Shown: piece after piece, positions 25,465-34,555 of the stretch
Numbering within the stretch: position 1 is the stretch's first letter
Layout of the letters: every line of letters starts with the position of its first letter
Origin: a virus
Lineage: Duplodnaviria; Caudoviricetes
Virus record (IMG/VR): IMGVR_UViG_3300020045_004995
Span: 1-34,653 of that record
Length of the DNA stretch: 34,653 nucleotides
Direction: 5' to 3' (one strand)
Translations under genes and position numbers: made by a program
Notes under the pieces: generated by a model
The model's input: the letters and a program-made list of their open reading frames with translations, nothing else
Told to the model about the DNA's origin: nothing
Database searches by the model: none

Positions 25465-26202
25465 ATGAACACTATTGAACAAAAACGCAATACCTACGAC
25501 AAATGGTTTAAAATTGGATTGATTGCCCTTGCAGCCCTGATCATTAGTCCGATCATCTTCATGGTAGTTCAGGGAATGATTGGGGCTATTATTGCAGGTA
25601 CTATTGGATTGGTTGCAGTTAATGTTGCCCCTATTGTTTCTATGAAACTTGCAAATTGGAAAGTCAAGGGGATTGTTTCTGAAGCTAAAGAAAATCCAAT
25701 TGAAACCCTTCAGAATCTATTGATTGCAAAGAAAGCAGCATTCAACCAGTTTACTGAAGATGTAACCAAAGCTGTATCTGCCCGAAATCTATTTGCTGAA
25801 AAGTGTAAGAAATTTGCCCTACAATATCCAGCAAGGGCAAATGAATTCAACCTTCAGTTGGCTAACATGACCAAGATGATCGAACAGAAGAAGGATGCCC
25901 TGCAACACGCTAAAGAAGCTATTGCTATGGGGGAATCAAAGCTTGAAGAGTGTCAGGCGTACTACAGCATTTCTTTAGCTGCAATGGAAGCAAATAAATC
26001 TGCTAAGATGGACACTGGGGATATTTATGAAAAACTGAAACTGGATACCGCAATGGATTCTGTGTTTACATCAATGTCAACCGCATTTGCCCAAATGGAA
26101 GTTGCATCAGCTTTGGTTGATGAACCCTTGCAGATTGAACAACAAAGAACTACTGGTTATATTGACGTTGCGATCAATACTCGATCAAACGTCGTGATAT
26201 AA
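25465..26202 (+). CDS. Membrane-anchored coiled-coil protein (two TM helices, PspA-like helical body)
   Basis: Two N-terminal hydrophobic helices, NPIETL, then long heptad helices. SD AAGGAAA before ATG 25465. Confidence 0.65.
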   Translation: MNTIEQKRNTYDKWFKIGLIALAALIISPIIFMVVQGMIGAIIAGTIGLVAVNVAPIVSMKLANWKVKGIVSEAKENPIETLQNLLIAKKAAFNQFTEDVTKAVSARNLFAEKCKKFALQYPARANEFNLQLANMTKMIEQKKDALQHAKEAIAMGESKLEECQAYYSISLAAMEANKSAKMDTGDIYEKLKLDTAMDSVFTSMSTAFAQMEVASALVDEPLQIEQQRTTGYIDVAINTRSNVVI

Positions 26203-26230
26203 TTACTCATCTTAATAAACAAAGGACTAT

Positions 26231-26377
26231 ATGAAATCCCGAATCATTGGATCAATCCTCATCATTCTTGTTGTTGGATTCTTGTATGTAATGACATTAG
26301 AAACCAAACCCCAATCAGTTCCTCTTGCTGCCCCATCTCAAAATGATGCTGCCCTTAAATCCTTGTCTATTAACTAA
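26231..26377 (+). CDS. Small single-TM protein (48 aa, not in the ORF track)
   Basis: MKSRIIGSILIILVVGFLYVMTLETKPQSVPLAAPSQNDAALKSLSIN*, with promoter TGATATAAT (26195-26203) and an AAAGGA SD. Confidence 0.7.
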   Translation: MKSRIIGSILIILVVGFLYVMTLETKPQSVPLAAPSQNDAALKSLSIN

Positions 26378-26391
26378 CTTAAAAATTTATC

Positions 26392-27294
26392 ATGAAAAAA
26401 ATCCTTACTGTTATCGCTCTGGCTGTAGCAACTGTTGCTTCTGCCCAATCTCTCAAAGTATCTACTGGGGGTAAAAGTGGAACCTATAGCAAAATGTTTT
26501 CTGAATTATCTTCTGTGTGCATGAATGAAGTACAAATGATCGAATTGAATTCTACTGGTTCGGTTCAAAACATTGATCGAATTGTTGGGAACGAATCCCA
26601 TGCAGTTTTTTCCCAGACGGATGTTGTTTTCTTTAGGGCACGAACTGAAGACTTTTCCAACATCAAAACATTGGTTGCTTTGCATCCTGAAGAGGTTCAT
26701 GTAGTATCTTTGGTTGATTCAAAAATCAAAGAAGGGGGTACAATGGGATTTGGGGCAAAGCCAGTTCAATTCAATACAGTTAATGACCTTGCGGGGCGTA
26801 CTGTAGTTGCTGCGGGGGGTTCTTATATTACTGCCCAAGTTATTCGTCTTCAGACTGAAATTCCATTCAATGTGGTTGAAGTTACTAAGAATGAAGATGC
26901 ATTGGCTGCTGTTGCTAATGGTTCTGCCCAAGCAGCAATTCTTGTTGGGGGTCAACCATTGGGAACCATTACTGCTTTGAATAAGACTTATAAATTGTTG
27001 TCGTTTCCAGATGCAACAATGGCTAAACTGAAGAATGTATACAATCCAGCTAAGGTAACATATTCTTCTGTTGGGGCTGCTGGGGTTCAAACTATTTCAA
27101 CATCAGCGTTGCTTATTGCAAGGGAATACAAGACCCCAAAAATGGTTGATGGATTGGCTAAACTTCGTTCGTGTATTCTGAAGAATGTTCCTGAACTTGC
27201 AGAAACGATATCATTTCACCCCGCGTGGTCTAAGGTTGATGTGAATAATCCGGGAAAATGGCAGTTTATGCAACTGCAAAGTACAAAGAAATAA
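26392..27294 (+). CDS. TAXI-family (TRAP) periplasmic solute-binding protein
   Basis: Signal peptide ending ASA-Q, then STGGKSGTY, STGSVQNI, QTDV, LHPEEVHVV and DLAGRTV. Confidence 0.82.
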   Translation: MKKILTVIALAVATVASAQSLKVSTGGKSGTYSKMFSELSSVCMNEVQMIELNSTGSVQNIDRIVGNESHAVFSQTDVVFFRARTEDFSNIKTLVALHPEEVHVVSLVDSKIKEGGTMGFGAKPVQFNTVNDLAGRTVVAAGGSYITAQVIRLQTEIPFNVVEVTKNEDALAAVANGSAQAAILVGGQPLGTITALNKTYKLLSFPDATMAKLKNVYNPAKVTYSSVGAAGVQTISTSALLIAREYKTPKMVDGLAKLRSCILKNVPELAETISFHPAWSKVDVNNPGKWQFMQLQSTKK

Positions 27295-27298
27295 AAAC

Positions 27299-27514
27299 AT
27301 GAAACTCACTATCAAAAATAATGATGAATTAACATCATGGATGAATGCTAGAATGCTTTTGGATCATGATTTAATTGGAATACCGGGTCAACCTCCTATT
27401 GGGGCTACTTATAGCGATGGGGTTACTGTTATCGTTCATCCAGTTAATGTTGCATGGGTTGATTCTGTAACAGGGGAACGATTTGATATTGAATATGAAA
27501 AGGATAATAAATGA
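27299..27514 (+). CDS. Hypothetical protein
   Basis: Operon packing. Confidence 0.55.
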   Translation: MKLTIKNNDELTSWMNARMLLDHDLIGIPGQPPIGATYSDGVTVIVHPVNVAWVDSVTGERFDIEYEKDNK

Positions 27515-27984
27515 GTATCGAAATTGAACGTAAATTCCTTGTAACAGATGATTCATATACAGCAGAAGCATCTGCTGTATTTGGACTCAAGCAAGGATAT
27601 CTAAGCAGGGATATTAATCGGACAGTTCGGGTCCGAACGCTTGAAGTAAAGCGAAGTAAAACATGGGATAGTTTCTATAGAACTGCGTACATTACCGTAA
27701 AGGGTCTTACTGTAGGTTGTTCAAGACCAGAATTTGAATATGAAGTTCCATATGCAGACGGTATTGCTATGTTGGAACTTTGCGATTCAAAAGTCATTGA
27801 AAAGACCCGCTATGTGATTTCTAAGGAAAATTGTATGTGGGAAGTTGATGAATTTCATGGAACTGATCAAGGTTTGGTCATTGCTGAAATCGAACTGACG
27901 AACGAAACTGATCAATTTGAACTACCATCTTGGGTTGGGAAAGAAGTAACCGGAAATATTTTGTACTATAATTCGAATATGTGA
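27511..27984 (+). CDS. CYTH domain protein (adenylate cyclase / triphosphate tunnel metalloenzyme)
   Basis: EIERKFLV, QGYL, VRVR, RPEFEY, IEKTRY, WEVDEF and AEIEL. Confidence 0.92.
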   Translation: MSIEIERKFLVTDDSYTAEASAVFGLKQGYLSRDINRTVRVRTLEVKRSKTWDSFYRTAYITVKGLTVGCSRPEFEYEVPYADGIAMLELCDSKVIEKTRYVISKENCMWEVDEFHGTDQGLVIAEIELTNETDQFELPSWVGKEVTGNILYYNSNM

Positions 27985-28011
27985 TACAATTTATGTTAAC
28001 CAAGGAATAAA

Positions 28012-28785
28012 ATGATTAAATTAAATTCACCAACTAAATTTTGGAAATTTCCTGGTGGGGAAGTTGGGGTAAAACTTGAAGATATTCAATTCCCATGGTG
28101 TATTATCCATATGGATTTTGAAGGATCGGATGATATTCTTCAACTAATGAATCTATGTGATGCTCTACAAAGGGAATATGTATATGATATTCATCTGAAA
28201 ATGCCATATCTTCCCTATGCTCGACAAGATCGAAAATGTCATTCTGGTGAAGCATTTTCGTTAAAAGTATTTGTGAAACTCCTTGCTTCTATTGGTATTA
28301 AAAGTGTAGGATGTACTGATGTCCACTCAGATGTAGCCAAGGAATTGTTTGACGCATACGATATTGAATTTTGTAATATTGAACAGTGGCAAATTGCTAA
28401 AAATTTACCAGAATTTGATTACTTGATTGCCCCTGATCTTGGTTCCCATGGAAAGGCAAGTAAAACTTGGGAAAATTCATTTTCAAATTTAGTAACCCTG
28501 ACGAAAACACGAACCGAAAGCGGAATTGTGTATGATGATCTGGAAGATACAATTGATGGAACTGCTATCATTTTAGATGATATTTGTGATTTTGGGGGGA
28601 CGTTTTTAGCGTGCGGGGCTATGCTCAAACGCACCCAGCCCCGTATGACTTCATTAAACTTGTATGTGACCCATGGATTGCTTGGTAAAGGAACTGATGC
28701 TTTGTTTGAAATCTATGATAAAATCTATGTACATAATCTGATGAATAAAAACTTATCTTATTCTGATCGACTTATTGAAATTTAA
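28012..28785 (+). CDS. Ribose-phosphate pyrophosphokinase-like protein (putative Adps of NARP1)
   Basis: FPGGEV, PYLPYARQDR, DVHS, IAPDLG, ILDDICDFGGTF and LYVTHG. Promoter TGATACAAT (27982-27990). Confidence 0.9.
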   Translation: MIKLNSPTKFWKFPGGEVGVKLEDIQFPWCIIHMDFEGSDDILQLMNLCDALQREYVYDIHLKMPYLPYARQDRKCHSGEAFSLKVFVKLLASIGIKSVGCTDVHSDVAKELFDAYDIEFCNIEQWQIAKNLPEFDYLIAPDLGSHGKASKTWENSFSNLVTLTKTRTESGIVYDDLEDTIDGTAIILDDICDFGGTFLACGAMLKRTQPRMTSLNLYVTHGLLGKGTDALFEIYDKIYVHNLMNKNLSYSDRLIEI

Positions 28786-28808
28786 CTTAACACAAAGGAA
28801 ACTATATT

Positions 28809-30518
28809 ATGAAACTTTTCGCACCACACATTACTGACGGATACAAGTTGGGGCATCCCAGTCAACTAGACAAAGGAACCGAATATATCAGTTCCAATTT
28901 TACCCCAAGGGATTTTTCCCATGCAGTGACATTACCATCAACAAAAACTGATCGTATGGTTTTTGTTGGACTTCAGTATGCTATCAAAGAATACTTGATT
29001 ACCCAATGGAATGATTCATTCTTTTCTAAACCAAAAGAAGAAGTTCTGGCAAAATATGCCCGAAGGATCAAGAACTATCTTGGAACTAATCAAGGTGTTG
29101 CTGCTCAGAAAATGATATCTGGCCTACATGATCTTGGATATCTTCCAATCAAGATAAAAGCATTACCAGAAGGATCAAAAGTTAATGCTGGTATTCCAGT
29201 GTTTACGGTAACAAATACTGTATCTGGGTTTGGGCCTTTGGTTAATTATATTGAAACTGTTCTATCTGCTGTAGTTTGGCCTATGTGTAATTCTGCATCT
29301 CTGATGGAACAATATTATCTCCTTGCCAAGAAATATGGTCAACTAACAGGCGCTTCAGAAGAATTCTGGTTACCTTTTGCAATCCATAATTTTGCTATGC
29401 GTGGGCATCGCGGGGTCGAAGATGCTATCATTTCTTCATTTGGTCACTCGCTATTCAATAAAGGTTCTGATACTTTCGCTGTTATTGACTTTATTGAAGA
29501 CTATTACAATGGAAACTCAGACAATGAATTCATTGCAGGGTCTGTAAACGCATCAGAACATGCTACAGTGTGTCAACAGATTGCATTCAACGGTGGCGGT
29601 CATGATGGGGAAGTTGCTGCCCTGAAACACTTTTTGACCAATGTGTATCCAACTGGTATCTTTTCATATGTAAGTGATTCGCGGGATTATTGGGATGTGA
29701 TTGGTAATATTGCGTCTGAACTTAAAGATGTGATTCTGTCACGGGGTGCTAATGCTGACGGTCAACCGGGGGTTCTTACATTCCGCCCCGATAGTTCAGT
29801 TGATACACCATATGAAGTTATTCTTGGGTACACTTGGGTTGAAGTTGATACGTTGGAGGGGCAAGATGTTTATGATTTTGTTGATGAATCAGATGCCCAA
29901 GTAGTTCTATATCAAGGTAAGTTTTATCGAGTATACGCTGCGGTTGATACTCAATATGAGTATGGTGAGTCATGGAATACAAACTATCATCTAGAACTTG
30001 GGCGTGAAATGAGCAAGGGTGAAGTACACGGCACACTGCAAACTTTGTGGGATACGTTTGGAGGTGAATATGTGTATGGAAAATTAGGTGCGTTTAGATT
30101 GTTAGATTCTCATGTGCGAATTATCTACGGTGAAGCCATTAGTTTGCCCATGGCAGAAAAGATTTATAAAGGTATGGTTGAAGCAGGTTGGTCAGTGGGT
30201 AACGTATTTTTTGGGGTTGGTTCATGGGCATTTATCGGTAATTCGAGTAGGGATTCGTATGGTATTGCTTGTAAAGCAACAAATTCTGTTGTGAATGGTG
30301 TTGAATATGCCCTTCAGAAAGAACCAAAAGGAACATCAACATATAAGAAATCTGCTAAAGGTCGGCTACGGGTTGAATATAAAAATAACAAATTTGTTCT
30401 GTATGATGAACAAACAGTAGAACAAGAAAATCAAGGATTACTGGTTACTGTTTTTAAAGATAGCAAAATGATAAAAGAAACTTCTTTTGTAGAAATTAAG
30501 ACATTAGCCCGTAAATAA
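28809..30518 (+). CDS. Nicotinamide phosphoribosyltransferase-like protein (putative Namat of NARP1)
   Basis: TDGYKLGH, FTPR, GYLPIKIKALPEG, ASEH, SYVSDS.DYW, FRPDS and KKSAKG. Confidence 0.92.
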   Translation: MKLFAPHITDGYKLGHPSQLDKGTEYISSNFTPRDFSHAVTLPSTKTDRMVFVGLQYAIKEYLITQWNDSFFSKPKEEVLAKYARRIKNYLGTNQGVAAQKMISGLHDLGYLPIKIKALPEGSKVNAGIPVFTVTNTVSGFGPLVNYIETVLSAVVWPMCNSASLMEQYYLLAKKYGQLTGASEEFWLPFAIHNFAMRGHRGVEDAIISSFGHSLFNKGSDTFAVIDFIEDYYNGNSDNEFIAGSVNASEHATVCQQIAFNGGGHDGEVAALKHFLTNVYPTGIFSYVSDSRDYWDVIGNIASELKDVILSRGANADGQPGVLTFRPDSSVDTPYEVILGYTWVEVDTLEGQDVYDFVDESDAQVVLYQGKFYRVYAAVDTQYEYGESWNTNYHLELGREMSKGEVHGTLQTLWDTFGGEYVYGKLGAFRLLDSHVRIIYGEAISLPMAEKIYKGMVEAGWSVGNVFFGVGSWAFIGNSSRDSYGIACKATNSVVNGVEYALQKEPKGTSTYKKSAKGRLRVEYKNNKFVLYDEQTVEQENQGLLVTVFKDSKMIKETSFVEIKTLARK

Positions 30519-30558
30519 AGTGCTATAATTAGTCATCTTAAACAACAAAGGACTTACC

Positions 30559-30762
30559 ATGATGAAATCAATATTTTCCAGAATGACCCCCGAACAAGTT
30601 GTTCTGAAATCTGGTTATGAAATCGTGGAAGTTCTTCCTGATGATGAAAATCAACCAGCTAAGTATCGTTGGGAAACATATTCCCGCGAAGGCAACATTT
30701 TTGATACTTATGAAGAAGCAATGGATGATGCTATTGAAGACTGCAACTATTTGGAAGATTAA
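30559..30762 (+). CDS. Acidic hypothetical early protein
   Basis: Promoter TGCTATAAT (30521-30529) and an SD. Confidence 0.65.
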   Translation: MMKSIFSRMTPEQVVLKSGYEIVEVLPDDENQPAKYRWETYSREGNIFDTYEEAMDDAIEDCNYLED

Positions 30763-30765
30763 ACT

Positions 30766-31098
30766 ATGAGCGTATATACCCCAGATGCATGGGTGATTCT
30801 TGAACTTGTTACCCCCGAAGAAACAATCTATAAATTGCTCGCGGGATGGATCGGGGGTTATCTTGGTTCTGATTCATGGAAGCTAAGTTCTGGTATTGAA
30901 TCAATGAATGAATTTGATGATCGTTATGAATTTCCAAACTATTCTGGTTCTTTGTATGTTTGCTATAAGAACAATGAAGGGATGACTGGATATACATCAA
31001 CAATTTTCAATGGATTTGTTAGGCAGATTGAAGGAATTGAAGGAACTTCAATAAGTCGGATTGGTATTGAAGAATATAAAATGAAGGAAATTAAATGA
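30766..31098 (+). CDS. Conserved hypothetical phage protein
   Basis: Pattern YTPDAWV...YK..AGW.GGYL..DSWKLSSGI...SGS.Y.C. Confidence 0.75.
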   Translation: MSVYTPDAWVILELVTPEETIYKLLAGWIGGYLGSDSWKLSSGIESMNEFDDRYEFPNYSGSLYVCYKNNEGMTGYTSTIFNGFVRQIEGIEGTSISRIGIEEYKMKEIK

Positions 31099-31099
31099 A
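31080..31099 (+). repeat. 20-bp direct repeat, copy 1
   Basis: AATGAAGGAAATTAAATGAA, identical to 31915-31934. Confidence 0.9.
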
Positions 31100-31637
31100 G
31101 GAAACTATCATAGAAGCATATATGGGAATGTTGACTGAATCCCCATATCTAAACTATTCAGATACCCCACAAGTATTGTCTGATGGTTCAGTTCCAATTC
31201 GAACTTTTATACATAATAATCATAGTAATACTACTTCATTAGGTAATAATCAGTTTCATATGAAGCATTTATCGGGGGCAGATATTTATTATCATACAGT
31301 AAATGATACACCTGTAGAATTATCATTTATAAGTAAAAACATTCAGACTGGCGTAGAAAAAAGCAAGGATGGAAATTCCACACATCTACATGACTTTATG
31401 CGACATCATGTAGATAAAACTGGCGAATTGAAAAGTTCAAATTCGAATACAAAGGGGTCCAGAAATTTATGGGTCAACTTTATTAAGAAGAATCCAGACT
31501 TGAAATTTCATTCTGAAAATACAGTGACTAAAGATAAGAAGAAGCTAAATGCTAATAACATAGATGCAGTATCCCCTTCTTTATGGGGAACGGATAAAAC
31601 GAAGCATTCCAATATCATTATTGTCGCTAAAAAATGA
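31095..31637 (+). CDS. His-rich putative head-internal protein, possible GNAT-like fold
   Basis: N-terminus MKETIIEAYMGMLTE is similar to the SLT protein leader. Contains the segment LKSSNSNTKGSRNLW. Confidence 0.55.
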   Translation: MKETIIEAYMGMLTESPYLNYSDTPQVLSDGSVPIRTFIHNNHSNTTSLGNNQFHMKHLSGADIYYHTVNDTPVELSFISKNIQTGVEKSKDGNSTHLHDFMRHHVDKTGELKSSNSNTKGSRNLWVNFIKKNPDLKFHSENTVTKDKKKLNANNIDAVSPSLWGTDKTKHSNIIIVAKK

Positions 31638-31933
31638 TAGTTTATCCAAAGAATCCAGATTTGATAGAAGATGCAAATAAACTAATATTTGATGTCATTG
31701 AATATCGGGTTGACCCAAAAGAATATAGAATTTTGAACTATATTTTTATCGCAACTACATACATTCAACAATGTTTAGTGTTTGATTCATCATCCAAAAT
31801 AATTGATGGATTCATTGTCAATAGGTTAGATGAATTCAAGTATAATGGGTATTCATTCTATGATCTACTGACAAAATCTATAGTGTTTGATGAAGACGAA
31901 AAATTTAATGATATAATGAAGGAAATTAAATGA
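31634..31933 (+). CDS. Hypothetical protein
   Basis: ATGA overlap. Ends MKEIK*, like 30766..31098. Confidence 0.6.
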   Translation: MIVYPKNPDLIEDANKLIFDVIEYRVDPKEYRILNYIFIATTYIQQCLVFDSSSKIIDGFIVNRLDEFKYNGYSFYDLLTKSIVFDEDEKFNDIMKEIK

Positions 31934-31934
31934 A
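31915..31934 (+). repeat. 20-bp direct repeat, copy 2 (contains the RBS and start of the thyX-like gene)
   Basis: Identical to 31080-31099. Confidence 0.9.
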
Positions 31935-32829
31935 TAATATTTACGCAAAATGTCTAAAAGATTCAATCGCCCCTAATGGTAAACGGCTAACAAGTTTTGA
32001 AATTCAACTCCCGAAAGTGCTTCTCGCAGAGAACAACACGCATCGTGCCACTTCAAAAAATTTCATGTCAAGCAGGGCTATCCCAAACGGAAAGTTCGTT
32101 GATATTGAATCATTTGAACCTCAATTCTATGGTAAAAATATTTCTGGTATGCAATCATCAAATATTCTTGTTGATGATGTAGATGAAGTTCGGAAAGTAT
32201 GGAATCAAATCATTGATTCATGTAAAGAAGGGTCTAAAAAACTTGCTGAACTTGGGTTACATAAACAATGGACTAATCGGCCAAATGATTGGCATGTAAT
32301 GGCTAAGGGAGTAATAACAGCAACTGATTGGGATAATCTGCTTTGGCTTCGTAACGATGATTCCGCTCAACCAGAATATAGGGAATTAGCTAAACAATTT
32401 CAAGCTTATTTTGATCATGGGGTTCCTGCGTCACTAAATGTAGGGGAATATCATTTACCGTATATCAATACTGATAGAACACGTTCTGGCACACTGATAT
32501 ATCTAGATTCAAATGGTGAATACCTATCTTTGGATGATGCGAAGAAGATTTCTGCGTCTTGTTGTGGGCAAGTTTCTTATCGAAAACTTGATGATAGCAA
32601 AGAAAAAGCTATTGAGATTTACGAAAAACTTTTTTCTGGACCGAAACTTCATTTATCGCCGTGCGAGCATCAGGGAACCCCGATTGGGGAATGTGAGCCA
32701 TTCAACGTAAAAAATTGGCAAAATGGCGTTACACATGTTCGCAAAGATGGTACACTATGTTCAGGTAATTTTGCTGGATGGATTCAATATCGGCAAACAT
32801 TACCCAATAATGTATACACTAAGGATTGA
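31930..32829 (+). CDS. thyX: Flavin-dependent thymidylate synthase-like protein (phage ThyX/Thy1)
   Basis: AENNTHR..SKN..SSRAIP, LHKQ..NR, LR.D..AQPE, VSY and HLSPCEHQ. Confidence 0.8.
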   Translation: MNNIYAKCLKDSIAPNGKRLTSFEIQLPKVLLAENNTHRATSKNFMSSRAIPNGKFVDIESFEPQFYGKNISGMQSSNILVDDVDEVRKVWNQIIDSCKEGSKKLAELGLHKQWTNRPNDWHVMAKGVITATDWDNLLWLRNDDSAQPEYRELAKQFQAYFDHGVPASLNVGEYHLPYINTDRTRSGTLIYLDSNGEYLSLDDAKKISASCCGQVSYRKLDDSKEKAIEIYEKLFSGPKLHLSPCEHQGTPIGECEPFNVKNWQNGVTHVRKDGTLCSGNFAGWIQYRQTLPNNVYTKD

Positions 32830-32831
32830 TC

Positions 32832-33290
32832 ATGGCCCCAGAACCCCGTAAAACGCTTACTTTGAATAGACCTAAGACATACACAGTAGTTCCAGTAAAA
32901 CCTGCTATACCGTCTTATACGCCCCCTGCTGCCCCTATTAAAAAGACTAAGCCTAAACCTATGTCCAAGAAGGAAAAGGCCGAAATCAAACGGAAGCAGG
33001 AAGAAAAGGTTAAATCATGGAAGGAAAAGTATCTTCCCCCCGTTTCGGTATATTCTGAAGGATCAAAATTAGGTAAGTTTGCAATCTTCAAGGTAATTGA
33101 ATGTAAAGCGGGGGCTTTCTTTGTGTCCCTTCATGAAACGGAAGAATCTGCCCGAAAAGAAGCTGAACGCATTAAGGATAAGATTCTTGACAAAGAAAAA
33201 ATTATCACGTTTACCTTGTTTGTGATTGAAATCAAGGGGGAACTTAGTTGTACTACCGATTATGAACCAAATTCTACATGGATAAAGTAA
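32832..33290 (+). CDS. Lys/Pro-rich hypothetical protein
   Basis: AAGGA SD before ATG 32832. Confidence 0.6.
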   Translation: MAPEPRKTLTLNRPKTYTVVPVKPAIPSYTPPAAPIKKTKPKPMSKKEKAEIKRKQEEKVKSWKEKYLPPVSVYSEGSKLGKFAIFKVIECKAGAFFVSLHETEESARKEAERIKDKILDKEKIITFTLFVIEIKGELSCTTDYEPNSTWIK

Positions 33291-33309
33291 ACTTTAAAGG
33301 GGAACTAAA

Positions 33310-33561
33310 ATGACTTGTCGTAACTGCTGTGATTACGAAGACGAAGATGATTATGGATATGATGACGATGATGGAAATCTTGATAGATTTTCGGATGAAG
33401 CCATCAAAGATGAATATGTTTCCCGTTTTTGGGATGATTTTCAATTAGCTGAAGAAATCCATTCTGATATTAATATGTCTAAGGATGTATCAGATAAGCT
33501 AAGAACATTGATTCAGAATATGACTGGTAAACTTGTTCTTAATGATATTAAAACAAAATGA
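33310..33561 (+). CDS. Acidic hypothetical protein
   Basis: SD and a D/E-rich N-terminus. Confidence 0.6.
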   Translation: MTCRNCCDYEDEDDYGYDDDDGNLDRFSDEAIKDEYVSRFWDDFQLAEEIHSDINMSKDVSDKLRTLIQNMTGKLVLNDIKTK

Positions 33562-33613
33562 AGAAAGGGGCTATCTTGTGGTACAATTGATAATTATCAA
33601 CAACCATGACCAT

Positions 33614-34012
33614 ATGTATACATTCTACCCATTAGAAACAATCGATACCCTTCATGACCATACCGGGTTGATTGCCCTTATCATTGGAATGGCCTTTTTC
33701 TGCTATTTGATGTATGAATCAGACATCGATTATAAATTTTCATTGTTTGTTACCATTATTACGATTTCTATCGGGTCATATTTTAGTTTTACTGATGGGG
33801 AAATTAAAGTCTTTCCTAACGAACAGGTAGTTGGAACATTGGTTGGATTTCAAGCTGAAGGGTATTCAACGATGGAACAACAAGGTAAGATGACGAAGAC
33901 GGTTGAACATAGAAAACTTTATGTTGTTTATGAAGTTCCGGGAGGAAATACAATTTTTGAAGCATCCAAACAAATTGTTTATCCAAAACAAGCGATTCTT
34001 TACAAAAATTAG
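33614..34012 (+). CDS. Membrane protein (two TM helices)
   Basis: Two hydrophobic segments, with TGGTACAAT (33579-33587) upstream. Confidence 0.65.
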   Translation: MYTFYPLETIDTLHDHTGLIALIIGMAFFCYLMYESDIDYKFSLFVTIITISIGSYFSFTDGEIKVFPNEQVVGTLVGFQAEGYSTMEQQGKMTKTVEHRKLYVVYEVPGGNTIFEASKQIVYPKQAILYKN

Positions 34013-34050
34013 GTTACAATAGCATCATTCCAAACTTCAAAGGATTTTAA

Positions 34051-34503
34051 ATGACTTCTTCCTACATTCGTCCAATTTCCAAAGGCGCGACTTCCCCAAT
34101 CAATGGGGAACGTAAAGATTGCACAGTTCGTGCCCTTGCTAATGCGGCGAATATGCCATATTTGGAAGCCCATCAAATCATGAAAGAACATGGTCGATTG
34201 AATGGTTATGGGGCGTATAACAATCAGTGGACCCCAGCATATCTAAAAAATGGATTTGTTGTGAATGCAGTTCATGGGACTACCCATACTGCCCAACAAC
34301 AGAAAACCTACTACAATATGAACAAGATTCCATTTAATGTTCAAGCGGGAACTTCTTTGAAGAAGTTCATGGAACAAAATCCTGAAGGGACATTCATTTT
34401 GGTAAATAGAAACCATACATTCTGTGTGATCGATGGGGAATTGATTGACAAAGGGATTCTGAAAGAAAACACATACATTGCGGTATCTTTTCGTAAAATC
34501 TAA
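34051..34503 (+). CDS. Conserved hypothetical phage protein (DCTVRA motif)
   Basis: RKDCTVRALANA...H..C..DG...D suggests a Cys-His-Asp (papain-like) fold. Promoter TACAAT at 34015-34020. Confidence 0.7.
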   Translation: MTSSYIRPISKGATSPINGERKDCTVRALANAANMPYLEAHQIMKEHGRLNGYGAYNNQWTPAYLKNGFVVNAVHGTTHTAQQQKTYYNMNKIPFNVQAGTSLKKFMEQNPEGTFILVNRNHTFCVIDGELIDKGILKENTYIAVSFRKI

Positions 34504-34555
34504 GGAAAAATCATGACCATGTTTGTCACATTCACGTTAGCAGTAATCATTCAAT

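Noticed and set aside
29820-30010. Extra ~60-aa segment in NAMPT (and ~45 aa in the 43A exonuclease near 1750-1890) as inteins
   Set aside because: They are short in-frame insertions without Cys/Ser starts or His-Asn ends, so they are best read as loop insertions.
200-34191. Numerous 60-120 aa antisense or alternate-frame ORFs in the track
   Set aside because: They are nested in well-supported genes, lack an SD or motifs, and have the composition of shadow frames.
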